From: an uncultured delta proteobacterium
GTDB lineage: Bacteria > Myxococcota_A > Polyangia > Haliangiales > Haliangiaceae
Assembly: GCA_963848295.1 (NCBI GenBank)
Contig: CAWKDB010000010.1
Coordinates: 2,080,001-2,144,000 of the forward strand
Direction of reading: 5' to 3'
Length of the DNA stretch: 64,000 nucleotides
The number at the start of each line of letters is the position of its first letter. Positions within the stretch are counted from its first letter, which is position 1. Shown one piece after another: positions 8,993 through 20,324 of the stretch. The translations under genes and the position numbers were made by a program. A model generated the notes under the pieces. That model worked only from the letters and a program-made list of their open reading frames with translations, was not told the origin of the DNA and did no database searches.

Positions 8993-10696
8993 TCAGGTGC
9001 CGGTCTGGCGGAACGTGAACGGGTACTTCACGCTGACCCCGCCGCTACCCGCCTCGGGCGCGGGGAACGCGATGGTCTTGATGACGCCAGCGACGCAGCT
9101 GCTCACCGTCGCGTCGAACCCGTGCGCGGTCGAGCTCGCCACCGAGCCGTTCGGCGAGATGAAGAAGTCCGAGGTGATCTCGCCGCCGAGCTGCGGGCGC
9201 GACAGCAGCTCCTTCTCGTAGCAGTAGCTGATCTCCGCGCGGTGGCGCTTGATGTAGCGCTCGATGATCGCCTTGTCGAGGCCGTCGGTCGTGGTCGGCT
9301 TCGAGATGAACGGGTTCGGCAGGTGCTGGACGTGGCCGGGGCCGTTGAAGCCGCCGCCCGGGCCGAACCCATAGCCGTGGCCGTGCAGCGAGCCCATGCC
9401 GATCGTGTTGTAGCGACCGCTGCCGATCGTGCCGCACGGCTCCTCGAAACAGCCGCCGCCGATGCTGTAGCCGGCGCGACCCATGCCCCACGTGCCGGCG
9501 CCGGGACCGTCGGCGCCGAACATCGCGCCGTTGTAGCTGTCGACGTCATTGCCGCTGCTGATATCGCCGGTCTTGACCAGCGAGGTGAATTGATCGGCGG
9601 CTTGGATCTGGCCGAGCCAGCCTTCGGTGGTCGCTCTCGCCATGACCTCGTCGCGTGTCAGCGACGGCGCGACGTGCTGGTCCTTGAGGTGGTACTTGCC
9701 CGCGGTGGTGAGGTCCGGGTTGCCCATCGCACCCGAGGCCATCGCGGCCTGCGTGCCGGCTTGCTTGTCCTTGCTGTCGGCGCCGCCGCCATCGGTGTCT
9801 TCGACCACCGGATCGGGCGCGACCTCGTTCTCGGCCGAACGCAGGCTCGTCGTGGTGTCTTCGACCGAGCCGAGATCGATCGAGCCGCCGCTGTCTTCGA
9901 CCGGAATCTGTTGCAGCAGCCCCCAGATCGCGAGGTGCGCGGCGAGCGAGCCGCCGAAGTAGGCGAGCGCGCGGTTCTCGAACACCGCGAACCCGCCGGC
10001 GGCGCTGCGCCGTGGCTTGTCGACCGCGCTGACCATGAACGTCGTCTTGCCGGTGCGCGCGCGGATCTTCGCCTGATCTGGAATCGGTAGCGCGAACGCG
10101 CCCGCGACGGTCAGCGACGGCCGAGCGCGGCCCGCGGCGGCGAGCGCGGCGAGCGGTGTGGTCGCGCCGCCGAGGATCAGCTCGCCTTCGATGCCCGGGC
10201 CGAAGTTGAACACGAAGTCATCGCCGGACGGCGCGACGAGCGGGAACGCCGCGGCCGGTGCACCCTCGACCGCGAGCTCGACCCCGGCGGCGGTGCCGAT
10301 CCGATAGTAGGGACTGCGCCGCTCGCTCCGCGCGCGAGACAGCGCGTAGGTCAGCGCGCCGAGGCCAAGCGCGAGACCGCCGAACGCGAACACGTCGTAT
10401 CCCGAACCCAGCCGGTGCGGACGAAACGCGTGAGCCGGGCGATGCTGGACGCGCGTCCAGTCCTCGAGCGCGCCTTTGTTCGTCGCGGCGTTCGACACCG
10501 AAAGGCCGAACGCGATCGTCGAGGCGATCAGCGCGCTCGCGCCGAGCGCGATGAAGCCCCACGTCGCGCGCGTGACCTTGCCGGAGCGCGGATCGCTGCA
10601 GTGCTTGATGTCGACGACCGAATCACCGAGCAGCGCGGCGACTTCGATCGCGCGAGCTCCGGTGCCAAGGGTTGCGGTGGAATCGAATGTGGACAT
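8993..10696 (-). CDS. Membrane protein with AgmX/PglI (TonB-C-like) C-terminal domain, GltG-like
   Basis: TM segments, Gly-rich linker, C-terminal LDKAIIERYIKRHRAEISYCYEKELLSRPQLGG...FFISPNGSV...CV....IAFPAP...VKYPFTF. Confidence 0.8.
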   Translation of the reverse strand: MSTFDSTATLGTGARAIEVAALLGDSVVDIKHCSDPRSGKVTRATWGFIALGASALIASTIAFGLSVSNAATNKGALEDWTRVQHRPAHAFRPHRLGSGYDVFAFGGLALGLGALTYALSRARSERRSPYYRIGTAAGVELAVEGAPAAAFPLVAPSGDDFVFNFGPGIEGELILGGATTPLAALAAAGRARPSLTVAGAFALPIPDQAKIRARTGKTTFMVSAVDKPRRSAAGGFAVFENRALAYFGGSLAAHLAIWGLLQQIPVEDSGGSIDLGSVEDTTTSLRSAENEVAPDPVVEDTDGGGADSKDKQAGTQAAMASGAMGNPDLTTAGKYHLKDQHVAPSLTRDEVMARATTEGWLGQIQAADQFTSLVKTGDISSGNDVDSYNGAMFGADGPGAGTWGMGRAGYSIGGGCFEEPCGTIGSGRYNTIGMGSLHGHGYGFGPGGGFNGPGHVQHLPNPFISKPTTTDGLDKAIIERYIKRHRAEISYCYEKELLSRPQLGGEITSDFFISPNGSVASSTAHGFDATVSSCVAGVIKTIAFPAPEAGSGGVSVKYPFTFRQTGT

Positions 10697-10914
10697 AGTC
10701 GGACCTCGCGTCGGATGGCGCATGCGCCTGGCTCCGGCCGGCCCGCGTTCGCGTCGCGCTCACTCGAGCGCGTTGCGTCGCGGCATCTCGCCGTCGCGAC
10801 CGCCTGGCGACGTGCCTTGCGATCGAACGTTCCGACACCGGCAGTTGGACTCGGTTCCGCATTTCGATTGACCGTCGACGATCGGCGGAGATCGCCGGGT
10901 TTGGGTGTTCGAAG

Positions 10915-10970
10915 ATCGTGTACGTGGACGTGCACGTGTCACGTGGCACGTGCACGTCCACGTACACGAT
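10915..10970. repeat. 56-bp near-perfect palindrome built from ACGT-containing units
   Basis: ATCGTGTACGTGGACGTGCACGTGTCACGTGGCACGTGCACGTCCACGTACACGAT is its own reverse complement except for one mismatched pair. Confidence 0.9.
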
Positions 10971-10993
10971 TGCCGGGTGATAACGTTGCCCCG

Positions 10994-12571
10994 GTGACCG
11001 CTCCTCTCGCCGTTCGCGGCCTGCGCGTCGTGTTACCCGACGGGCGCGTCGTGATCGATGGCGCCGACCTCACGATCGGCGCTGGCGAGGTCGTCGTGCT
11101 GCTCGGCGGCTCGGGAGCCGGCAAGTCGACGTTCGCGCGCGTGCTGTTCGAGCGCGACGAGCTCGCGGCGGCCGGGTTTGACGTCGTGGCGACCGAGCTC
11201 TCGCTCGACCGCGAGCGCCTCGGGCTCGTGCCGCAACGCGGCGCGCTGTTCGATCACCTCGATGTCCGCGGCAACCTCCAGATCGCGATCGATCATGCCG
11301 CCGCGCGCGACACCGCGAACGACGATGTCGCGACCTGGCTACGGCGCGTCGGTCTCGATCCGAAGCTCGCCGAGCCCGGCACGCCGGTGACGTCGCTGTC
11401 GGGCGGTCAAGCCCAGCGCGTCGCGGTCGCGCGCGTGCTCGCGAGCCGGCGCGAGCTGGTGTTCCTCGACGAGCCGTCGGTCGGCCTCGACCCGCATCGC
11501 GTGCGCATGCTCGCTCGGCTCGTGCGCGAGCAAGTCAAGGCGCTCGGCATCTCGGCGATCATCGTCACTCACGACGTCGCGCTCGCGGTCGGGGTCGCCG
11601 ATCGCCTGTTCCTGCTATCGCTCGAGCACCGCCGACTCGAGCCGCTGTTCGCGGATCGCTGGCCCGGTGCTCTCGACGAGCCTGGACACGACGCTGCCGA
11701 GCGCGGCCGGTGGGTGCTCGAGCTCGAGCAGACGTTGCTCGATCACCTCGATGCCCACGGCGATCGCCCGGCGCCGCAAGGGCCGGCGCCCGCGAACCGA
11801 TCCGCGCTGCGCTTCGCCGAGCCGGTGATCGCGCCGTTTCGCACCGCGGTGATCGCCGCCGTGCGCGCGCCGGTGCAGCTCGTGCGCCATCCGCGCGACT
11901 TTGCGGTCGTCGCGAGCCGCGTGCTGCTCCAGACGCTCGTTCGCCCGCTCGTGTTCTACGCGATCGTGTCGACGCTGATCGGCTACACCGTGCTGTTCGT
12001 GATCAGCAAGGTCGGCGGCGCCGGCGTCCGCCCGGACGCGCTGCTGCGCCAGATCGGCGGCAGTTACGTCGTCGCGCTCGCCCCGGCGCTGTCGGCGCTG
12101 CTGTTCGTCGCGGCGTCGGGCAGCGCGACGAACGCGTGGCTCGGGTCGATGGGGCTGACGAAGCAAACGCTCGCGCTCGACGCGCTCGGCGTCGATCGTC
12201 GGTCGTACTTGTGGGCGCCGGCATGGCTCGCGATCGGGTTGTCGTACGTGCTCGTCGCGGCGCTGTTCGCACTCGGCATGATCGTCGGCGGGCTGCTCGT
12301 GTGTCGGTCGTATGGCGTACACGACGCGTGGCAGCTGTTGACCGCCGACTTCGTCGACCCGCGGCCCGAGCGGGCGCGCTATGCGCTGCGCGCGGCGTTC
12401 CTCGTGTGGATCTACGCGTGGGGGATCGCGAGCGACGTCGTCGCGAAAGGCGGCGCGCCGAAGCCCGAGGCCGATGCGGTCACGCGCTCGATGACGGCGA
12501 GCGTCGTCGCGTGCACGTTGTGGGTCGTCGCGTGGGAGCTCGTCACCGTCGTCGTGGTGTTCCGATCGTGA
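10994..12571 (+). CDS. ABC ATPase (MlaF-like) fused to a MlaE-like permease domain
   Basis: GGSGAGKST, LSGGQAQR, FLDEPSVGLDP, IVTHD; C-half TM helices with LAPALSALLFVAASGSA...LGSM...Q..ALDALG and AVTRSMTASVV (MlaE-like). Confidence 0.8.
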   Translation: MTAPLAVRGLRVVLPDGRVVIDGADLTIGAGEVVVLLGGSGAGKSTFARVLFERDELAAAGFDVVATELSLDRERLGLVPQRGALFDHLDVRGNLQIAIDHAAARDTANDDVATWLRRVGLDPKLAEPGTPVTSLSGGQAQRVAVARVLASRRELVFLDEPSVGLDPHRVRMLARLVREQVKALGISAIIVTHDVALAVGVADRLFLLSLEHRRLEPLFADRWPGALDEPGHDAAERGRWVLELEQTLLDHLDAHGDRPAPQGPAPANRSALRFAEPVIAPFRTAVIAAVRAPVQLVRHPRDFAVVASRVLLQTLVRPLVFYAIVSTLIGYTVLFVISKVGGAGVRPDALLRQIGGSYVVALAPALSALLFVAASGSATNAWLGSMGLTKQTLALDALGVDRRSYLWAPAWLAIGLSYVLVAALFALGMIVGGLLVCRSYGVHDAWQLLTADFVDPRPERARYALRAAFLVWIYAWGIASDVVAKGGAPKPEADAVTRSMTASVVACTLWVVAWELVTVVVVFRS

Positions 12572-14068
12572 GAGGCGCGGCGGCGTTCGGCGCGCTCGTG
12601 GTCGCCGCGCACGTGGCCGGGTTTGCGGCGCTCGCGGCGCGCACCGGTCGCGACGAGCTCGTCGTCGACCACGGCCGGGTGCCCGCTACGCTCGCGGCGC
12701 GCACCGACGATCAGCCACGACGGCAGCGGGCTCGTGCGCACGCGGTGGACGGTGCGTTATCGCGGCGGGTTCGTGCGCGAGGTCGGCGCGACCGAGCTCG
12801 CCGGTCCGCTTCAGGATCCGGCGCAGCATGCGTGCAGCGGGCGCGTGATCGTCGGCCAGCGCTTGCTCGATCAGCTCGCCGGCACGATGGCGCACGAGAT
12901 CGACGCCGAGCTGCACGGCGAGAGCATCTTCGCGGTCGGCGACTACGAGCGGCTCGAAGGGCTCCGCGTGCGCTGGGCGCGACTCGAGGCGCACCCCGGC
13001 GATCGCAAGCTCGTCGGCGAGGCACCGCACGGCTACGTTCGAGCGTTCGCCACCGTCGTGTTCGAGCGCGTCTCGGTTCCACTCGTCGTGACGCTCGTGC
13101 CCGAGGTCAAAGCAGGCGCGATGCACTTTCGCATCGCCGCGCGCGCCGAGCTGGCGTTCGACAACCGCGTCGAACAATGGCTGAGCGACAAGCTCGGCGG
13201 CGACAAGCTCGCGACTCGGCTCGCGCGCCGTCAGATCGACGACGTCTTGGTCACGACGCTCGCCCCGCCGCCACCGTTCGAGCTCGGCGACGGCCAGACG
13301 CTGCGGTTCACGTATTGCGACGAACCGCCGGAGTTCGCCGAAGGGGCGTGGGCCGCGTTGCCGTTTGCGGTCGCGTTCGAGCGACTCGGTCGCGCACCGG
13401 ACATCCTGCCGCCGAAGCTCGGGTCCGGTCCGCGCGTCGCGCCACGCGCCGACACCGCGCTCGCGATCGATCTCGACGTCGACGCGCTCGATGCGGTCTT
13501 GTTCGAGCTGTGGCGCACCGGCTACCTCGATCGTCGACTCGCCGAGGTCGGACTCGATCGCCGGTTCAACAGCGACCCGATCGTCACCCAGTACCTCTCG
13601 GTCCGGATCTCGCCGCTTCGCCTCGCGCTGCCGCCGGTCGTGACCGCGACCGCCTCGGGCCTGCGGCTCGCGGCCGAAGCGCGCGTCGCGATCGCCGATG
13701 GTGCCGAGACCACGATCGGCGACCTCTACGGCACCGTCGCGTTCGGCTTTGCAGCGAGCGCTGCGGCGCCGCGAGTCGTCGACGTCGACCTCGGTGCGCT
13801 CGAGCTCACCTGCGAGCGGAGCCCGAGCGTGCTCGTGCCCTGCTACAGCGATCTCGTCGCGGCGTTGCGCGATCGCGGCGACGAGTTTCACGGTGCACTC
13901 ACCTCCGCGTTCGCCGACCTCCTCGGCGACATCTTCGTCGGCCGGCTCGCGAACGACCAAGTCCCCGCCGAGCTCGATGTCCGCGCGGTGATGCCGACGC
14001 TGGTCACCGCGGCGCCGAACGCTACGCTGCGGCTCGAGCTCGATGCGCGGATCGCGCCGGCGCCGTGA
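12568..14068 (+). CDS. Hypothetical protein with N-terminal anchor, possibly BPI/LBP(TULIP)-like; apparent frameshift near 12700-12712
   Basis: GTG at 12568 overlaps the upstream stop and gives VRGAAAFGALVVAAHVAGF; the body continues in the frame of ORF 12623..14068. Confidence 0.6.
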
Positions 14069-14070
14069 CG

Positions 14071-14979
14071 TCACAGCCGCGAGCGCGTCACCAGGTAGAG
14101 GTCGTACGAGCCCATTCCGCCGGCGGCGTCGCTGTCGTAGATCATGGTGAGATCGTCGGCCGAGATCTCGGGGTCGGCCTCGTCCGCGGCCACCGTGTCG
14201 ACCGAGATCTCGGACACCGGACCAAACGGGTCGGCGCGAGTCGGCCGGGTCGCGGTGAAGATGTCGATCTTGCCGTTGTCGCGGGTCGACTCGAAGTAGA
14301 TCGTCAGCTCGTCGGGGCCGAGCGTCCCGTAGCCGTCCTCCTGGTTCACGTCGAGCTCGGTCAACGGACCGATGATCGCAAAGCCGGTACCGGCCGCGTA
14401 CGACGCGTGCGCGAGTGCGGTCGGCGCCAGCGTGGTGTAGATCAGCTCGGTGCCGTCGCGCGACAGCGACGGACCACCGATCTGGTCGCTCGCCACCTGC
14501 ATCACCTGAGTCGCAGGGCCGAACGCGGAGCTGGGGTCCGGCCGGGTCGTGACGAACAGAGTCGCCGAGCCCCGCACGAAGTACAACGTCAGGTCGTCGG
14601 GCGCCCACGTCGGTTCGGCCTCGGCGGCCGCGGTGTTGACCGCAGCGATCGCGGTCGCGGCGCCGAACGGGTCGGCCGTGGTCGGGCGCGAGGCCTGATA
14701 GAGGTCGGAATTGCCGGCGCCACCCGGGCGGGTCGACTGGAACACCAGCGTGAGCCCGTCCGGGCTCAGCGCGGGCGACTCGTCGTCCGAGGAGCTGTTC
14801 ACCGCGCTCAGCGCGATCGGCGCGCCCCACGGCCCGAGCTGTGGCGCGGCGTCGTCCGCGAGGCCGTCGGCGCGGACGTCCGCCGGCCCGCCGTCCATCG
14901 ACCGAAGGCCGGCGCCGAAGTCGACCCGTCCACAGCCTGCCGCGGCCACCGTGACGAACGCTACGACTAGCGGGCCCAT
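14071..14979 (-). CDS. Lipoprotein with PD40/TolB-like beta-propeller repeats
   Basis: Lipobox AAGC followed by GRVDF; repeats such as PALSPDGLTLVFQSTR, PTWAPDDLTLYF, LGPDELTIYFESTR. Confidence 0.8.
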   Translation of the reverse strand: MGPLVVAFVTVAAAGCGRVDFGAGLRSMDGGPADVRADGLADDAAPQLGPWGAPIALSAVNSSSDDESPALSPDGLTLVFQSTRPGGAGNSDLYQASRPTTADPFGAATAIAAVNTAAAEAEPTWAPDDLTLYFVRGSATLFVTTRPDPSSAFGPATQVMQVASDQIGGPSLSRDGTELIYTTLAPTALAHASYAAGTGFAIIGPLTELDVNQEDGYGTLGPDELTIYFESTRDNGKIDIFTATRPTRADPFGPVSEISVDTVAADEADPEISADDLTMIYDSDAAGGMGSYDLYLVTRSRL

Positions 14980-15050
14980 CGCTCCATTGTCGCATGGCGC
15001 CGCGGCCGCCGGCATTCGCGACGGGGCGTGTTGCCGGCTACACTTCGGCG

Positions 15051-15771
15051 GTGGACCGCGATTCGTTCCGCGAGGCGCTGCTCGGCGTGATGGAGCGCAA
15101 GCAGCACTGGGCTTGGAAGTCGTTCACCGACGGCACGGTCGCCAAGCCGCGGATGCACGTGCACTTCGAGCAGGAGTACGCGACGTACGTGCGCGACTTT
15201 CCGGTGCTGGTCGGCTGGGCGTACGTGCAGTGCCCGATCGCCGAGGTCCGGCGCGACCTCGCCGAGAATCTCTACGAAGAGGAGACCGGCGGCTTGATCG
15301 CCGGCCGGCCGCATCCCGAGCTGTTCCTCGAGTATCCACGCGGGCTCGGCATGGATCTGACCCGGTTCGCGCGCGTAGAGCTGTTGCCGGCGGCTCGCGC
15401 CTATCGCGCCGCGCTCGACGAGCACACGCAGCGCCGCGGCTGGGCTCAGGCATGCGCCGTCACGACGATCTTTCTCGAGGGCACCGCCCACGAGCGCGGC
15501 GAGCTCGATCCGAATGCCCCGAAGCGCGCCGACGCCGCCGCTCGAGCAGCATCCGCTCGTCGTGCATTACGGTTTGCCGCTCGAAGCGCTCGCGCTGACG
15601 AAGGCGCATCGCCGCGTCGAAGGCAGCCATCGCGCCGCCGCATGGCGGATCGTGCTCGATCATGTCCCGGCCGGAGATCGCGCCGGCGTCGTCGCCGCGA
15701 TGGAGTCCGTGCTCGCGGCGTGGCTCGCGTATCGCGACGAGGTCGCCGTCGCGTGCGGGCTCGCTCGCTAG
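15051..15771 (+). CDS. Heme-oxygenase-like (PqqC/TenA/CADD) iron-binding protein; apparent frameshift near 15525-15535
   Basis: QEYATYVRDFP, LAENLYEEETG...HPELF; C-terminus in a second frame with AHRRVEGSH. Confidence 0.7.
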
Positions 15772-15777
15772 TTCGCC

Positions 15778-16541
15778 TCAGTTGCCGAAGCCGCCGAGCT
15801 GCGCGCCCGCCGCCGCCCGCACCGCCGATTGCGAGAACACCGCGAACGCGCGGCGGATCTCGGTCGCGCTGTTACCGGGCGTCAGGATCCAGCGATCCGG
15901 AATACCCATCTCGGTGAACACCGCGCGGAAGTCGGTGCGCCCATCGCTGATGCCCATCGCCGCCACGACGTGATGCTCCTGCGCGAGCATGTCATCGACG
16001 ATCGCCTTGACGTCGGCGGGGCGGCAACGATGCGATCCGTAGTCGCCACCATCGGTGATGATCAGCGTGACCGTTCGAACCGCGATGCCCGCGCGCGAGA
16101 GCTCCTGCGCTTTCGCGATCACCGTACCGAGCATCACGACGGTCTGATCGTAGAGCGGCGTGCCGAGCAGCGGGTGGTAGTTCGCGCCGGTCAGCTCGAC
16201 CGCATGATCGAGCGTCGTATACGCGCACAACACCTCGCCGTTGAGCAGCCGGGTATGCGCGAGCACCTCACCGGCTTGCTTCGACGCGCGCAACGCGGCG
16301 AGCACGAGGTTGTGGCCATCGCGCACGGCATCGACGTTGCCCGCCGCCGTGATCGACTGCGAGTCGTCGGGCATGACCGAGACCAGCACGACCTCGCTCG
16401 CGGCGATGTCATCGATCGTCACGCCGAGTCCGGCTTGGATCTGCGCGCCGACGTCGACGACATCGAGCGTCGCGAGGGCGCGCGCCGATAGGGCGCCTGC
16501 TCCGTGGGCATCCTCGAGGAGCTGTTTAGCTTTGCGATCAC

Positions 16542-16545
<4 letters not shown>
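15778..16545 (-). CDS. vWA (TerY-like) domain protein
   Basis: MIDAS-like DDSQSI, GTPLYD, IITDGGD; the ATG overlaps the nicotinamidase stop. Confidence 0.8.
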
Positions 16546-17603
<1,058 letters not shown>

Positions 17604-17617
17604 GAGATCTCCTTGGG

Positions 17618-19439
17618 TTAGTTGAGAGACAGGTGAAGGGCGTCGTGCTCGCGAATCACGTCGAGGCCGCCCGGCGCGAGCACGAGCCGATCGGCGGCGG
17701 ACACGAGCTGCGGCGGTCTCGGTGAACACGCGCGTGCAGGCGATCGCGCCGGCGACGAGCTCGATGCGAACGATGCCCGCGTCGGTCGGTACGAACAATT
17801 GGCTGCCACTCGCGCACGCGCCGGCGATGCCGGCGAGCCACGGCGTATCGGTCAGCAGCTCGGTCGCGAGCACGCGCGCGTCGCTGCCGATCACGACCGC
17901 GATCGTCGCGAGCTGGCCGTTGACCACGCGAGTCAACCACAGCCATGCGCGATCGCCGGCGATGGTCGCGTGCGCGGCGACGAGCTCGCCGTGAATCGCC
18001 GGCAGCGCGACGCGATCGTCGAGCCCGCCTCGCTCGGGGCGGAACACGAAGCCGACCGCGTAGCCCCCGGCGCGATAGAACCCGACGCCGAGCGCGGCGC
18101 CGACCCAGATCCGCGTTTGACCGGCGAGCACCGACCCGATCCGCTCTTCGCCGAGCCGCGTCTTGCGGAGCAACGCACCGCCGGACAACCGGATGCGCGA
18201 GTCCGCGGCCGGCGACGTCGTCGGGATGACGTGCCAGCGCAAGCCACCCGAGACCGAGACCGGTGGCGCCGGCGCGCGATGGCGGCAGGTCGGACACGTC
18301 TCGCGAGCGTGCTCGTCGCCGCACTCGCTGCATCGACGCATGCGTAGGCTCGCGAGCAATGCGCGCGGGAATTCTCCGCGGACGTCGCGCTCGAAGACGT
18401 CGCGGAACACGGCGAGGAGCGCATCGGGCAGGATCGCGAGCGGACGCGCGGCGCGCGGGTACACGACCTCGGCGTGCAACACGCTGATCCGTCGCAGGGC
18501 TCGCGCGGTCGCCGCGCAGCGCGGGTAGACACCGCCCCACGGACCGAGCCAGAGCAACGTGCGAAATGCCATCGCGGCGAACGCGAACCAGTCACTGTCG
18601 CGATCGTGCGGGCGCGATGGCACGAGCTGGCCGTCGCACAATCGCGGGTCGAGCAGGCGCTCGCTGAACATCGAGCACGGAAAGCCGGCGAGCTGATAGC
18701 TGTCGACGTCGATCAGGTGAACGCGTCGGGCGGCGAGGTTCGGGGCTCGCCCTCGAACGGCAGCGTCGCCGGATGGCGATGCGGTTAGATCGACGTTCGG
18801 GGCTCGCCCCCGAACGGCAGCGTCGCCGGATGGCGATGCGGTTAGATCGACCTTCGGGGCTCGCCCCCGAACGGCAGCGTCGCCGGATGGCGATGCGGTT
18901 AGATCGACCTTCGGGGCTCGCCCCCGAACGGCAGCGTCGCCGGATGGCGATGCGGTTAGATCGACGAGCACGTTGAGGTCGTTGCAATCGCCGATCACGA
19001 CGTCGGCGCGATGCAGGGCGGCGATCGCATCGTGGAGCGCGAGCAACGCCGCGATCAGCTCGCCGCCGTCGATCGGATGCTCGCGGCGCCAGCGCGGCTC
19101 GCCGTAGCTGAGCAGCGGAGTGCCGGTGACGCGCGGCATCGTGAAACCGACGACCTGGGTCGAGCGCTTGCCTGCGAGCGCGAGCCCATTGGGCGCGACG
19201 ATCGCGGGCGGCAGACCCGCCGGTAAGGCGCGCAGCTTGGCGGGGGCTTCGGCGAGCCGCCGCTCGGCCGCGGCTTGCGCCTCCGGTTGTCCGGCGAAGT
19301 CGGGGTGATCGGCGGGCTTCCACCACTTCACGACCCGGCCATCGCCGAGGTCGTAGACCTCTGCTTCGCCGCCTTGCCCGATCAGGGTCGCCGGCGCGAG
19401 GTCGAATCGCTCGCCGTCGATCCACACGACGCGATTCAT
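17618..19439 (-). CDS. Ser/Thr protein kinase-like protein with CxxC..CxxC zinc ribbon and beta-rich C-terminus; 4x57-bp insertion; apparent frameshift near 17712
   Basis: IGQGGEAEVY, VVK, VIGDCNDLNVL, LIDVDS, DWFAF, CSEC...CPTC; C-terminus QLVSAADRLVL...HLSLN lies in a second frame ending at 17618. Confidence 0.8.
18738..18965. repeat. Four tandem copies of the 57-bp two-hairpin element inside the kinase catalytic domain
   Basis: Units start at 18738, 18795, 18852 and 18909 and are nearly identical; they encode VDLTASPSGDAAVRGRAP(K/N). Confidence 0.95.
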
Positions 19440-20257
19440 CGCGCGCTCCAGCGCAGGGCTGCGACCGCACAGTCGTCCTGCAACACCGCCGGCGTACGCA
19501 CGATCCGGCGATCGTCCCAGCGGATCCGCTCGTCGCCGCGCGCGAGCAGCACGAGCCTGCGGCGTAGCGCGTCGGGATGGGTGAACGCCGGCTCGGCGAC
19601 GAGGTCGTCGAGCGTCGAGTCGTGCGCGCCATCGGTCGCGACGATCGCGCGGCCAGCCTCGGCGCTGTGCGTCGCGAAGTGCGGTTCGACGCGCGTGCCG
19701 AGCAGCTCGTAGCCGACGTACGGCGGCTCGTTGTCGGCGAATGGCCCGAGCGCGCGCTGGCCCTGAGCTCGGTCGATCGATCGCCCGCCCGGCGAAGCAA
19801 GAATGGCCGACTCCGTGGAGCGAAGGGCCCCCGGAACGGGGCCCCCAAGCGCGTACACCCCGTCGCCGATCGCCCACACGCCTGCGCGACCGTCGTGCAC
19901 CGCGGCGGCGACCACCGTGAACAGCAGGAAGTCGGCGACGACACGCTCGCGCTCGCCGCCGAGCGCATCGGCGAGAGCGCCGAGCGCCGCCACCGCCGTC
20001 GCGCGGACCGCGGTCCACATCGCCAGATCGCTCGGATCGCCACCCGCCGCGAGCGCCCGGCCGAGCTCGCCGATCCACAGCTTCGCGCCGAGCCGCGCGC
20101 CGACCTCGGAGCTCGGGCTCGAGCCACAACCATCGCACACGACGATCGCCGCGGTGCTGCAGTCGCCGGTCCAGCTCGCGGCGGCGTCCTGACCGTTCCG
20201 CGCGTTGCGCAGATGGCGCGCCCCGATGACGGCCGCGCAGATTGCCTTCGTGTCCAT
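19436..20257 (-). CDS. PP2C-family protein phosphatase (TerY-P-associated type)
   Basis: IGARH...NGQDA, VVCDGCGS..SEVGA, IGDG, ATDG, QDDC; ATGA overlap with the kinase. Confidence 0.88.
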   Translation of the reverse strand: MDTKAICAAVIGARHLRNARNGQDAAASWTGDCSTAAIVVCDGCGSSPSSEVGARLGAKLWIGELGRALAAGGDPSDLAMWTAVRATAVAALGALADALGGERERVVADFLLFTVVAAAVHDGRAGVWAIGDGVYALGGPVPGALRSTESAILASPGGRSIDRAQGQRALGPFADNEPPYVGYELLGTRVEPHFATHSAEAGRAIVATDGAHDSTLDDLVAEPAFTHPDALRRRLVLLARGDERIRWDDRRIVRTPAVLQDDCAVAALRWSAR

Positions 20258-20294
20258 GCAACACCATTATGGTGTCTGACATACACTATGTCAA
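20247..20294 (-). promoter_or_regulatory. Sigma70-type promoter TTGACA-N17-CATAAT overlapped by two GTGT-N7-ACAC (NrtR-type) boxes
   Basis: -35 at 20289-20294, -10 at 20266-20271; boxes ATAGTGT-ATGTCAG-ACACCAT (20269-20289) and ATGGTGT-TGCATGG-ACACGAA (20247-20267). Confidence 0.75.
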
Positions 20295-20324
20295 GCCGCG
20301 TGCGGGAAGCCCAAGACGGCAGCA

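Noticed and set aside
11710..14995. Very long overlapping ORFs (e.g. 11710..14970 +, 12686..14995 -) and similar Arg/Ala-rich ORFs elsewhere
   Set aside because: Shadow ORFs caused by high GC content and few stop codons; no motifs beyond segments shared with real genes.
18738..18965. 57-bp tandem repeat as a CRISPR array
   Set aside because: No unique spacers; contiguous near-identical units within a coding frame.
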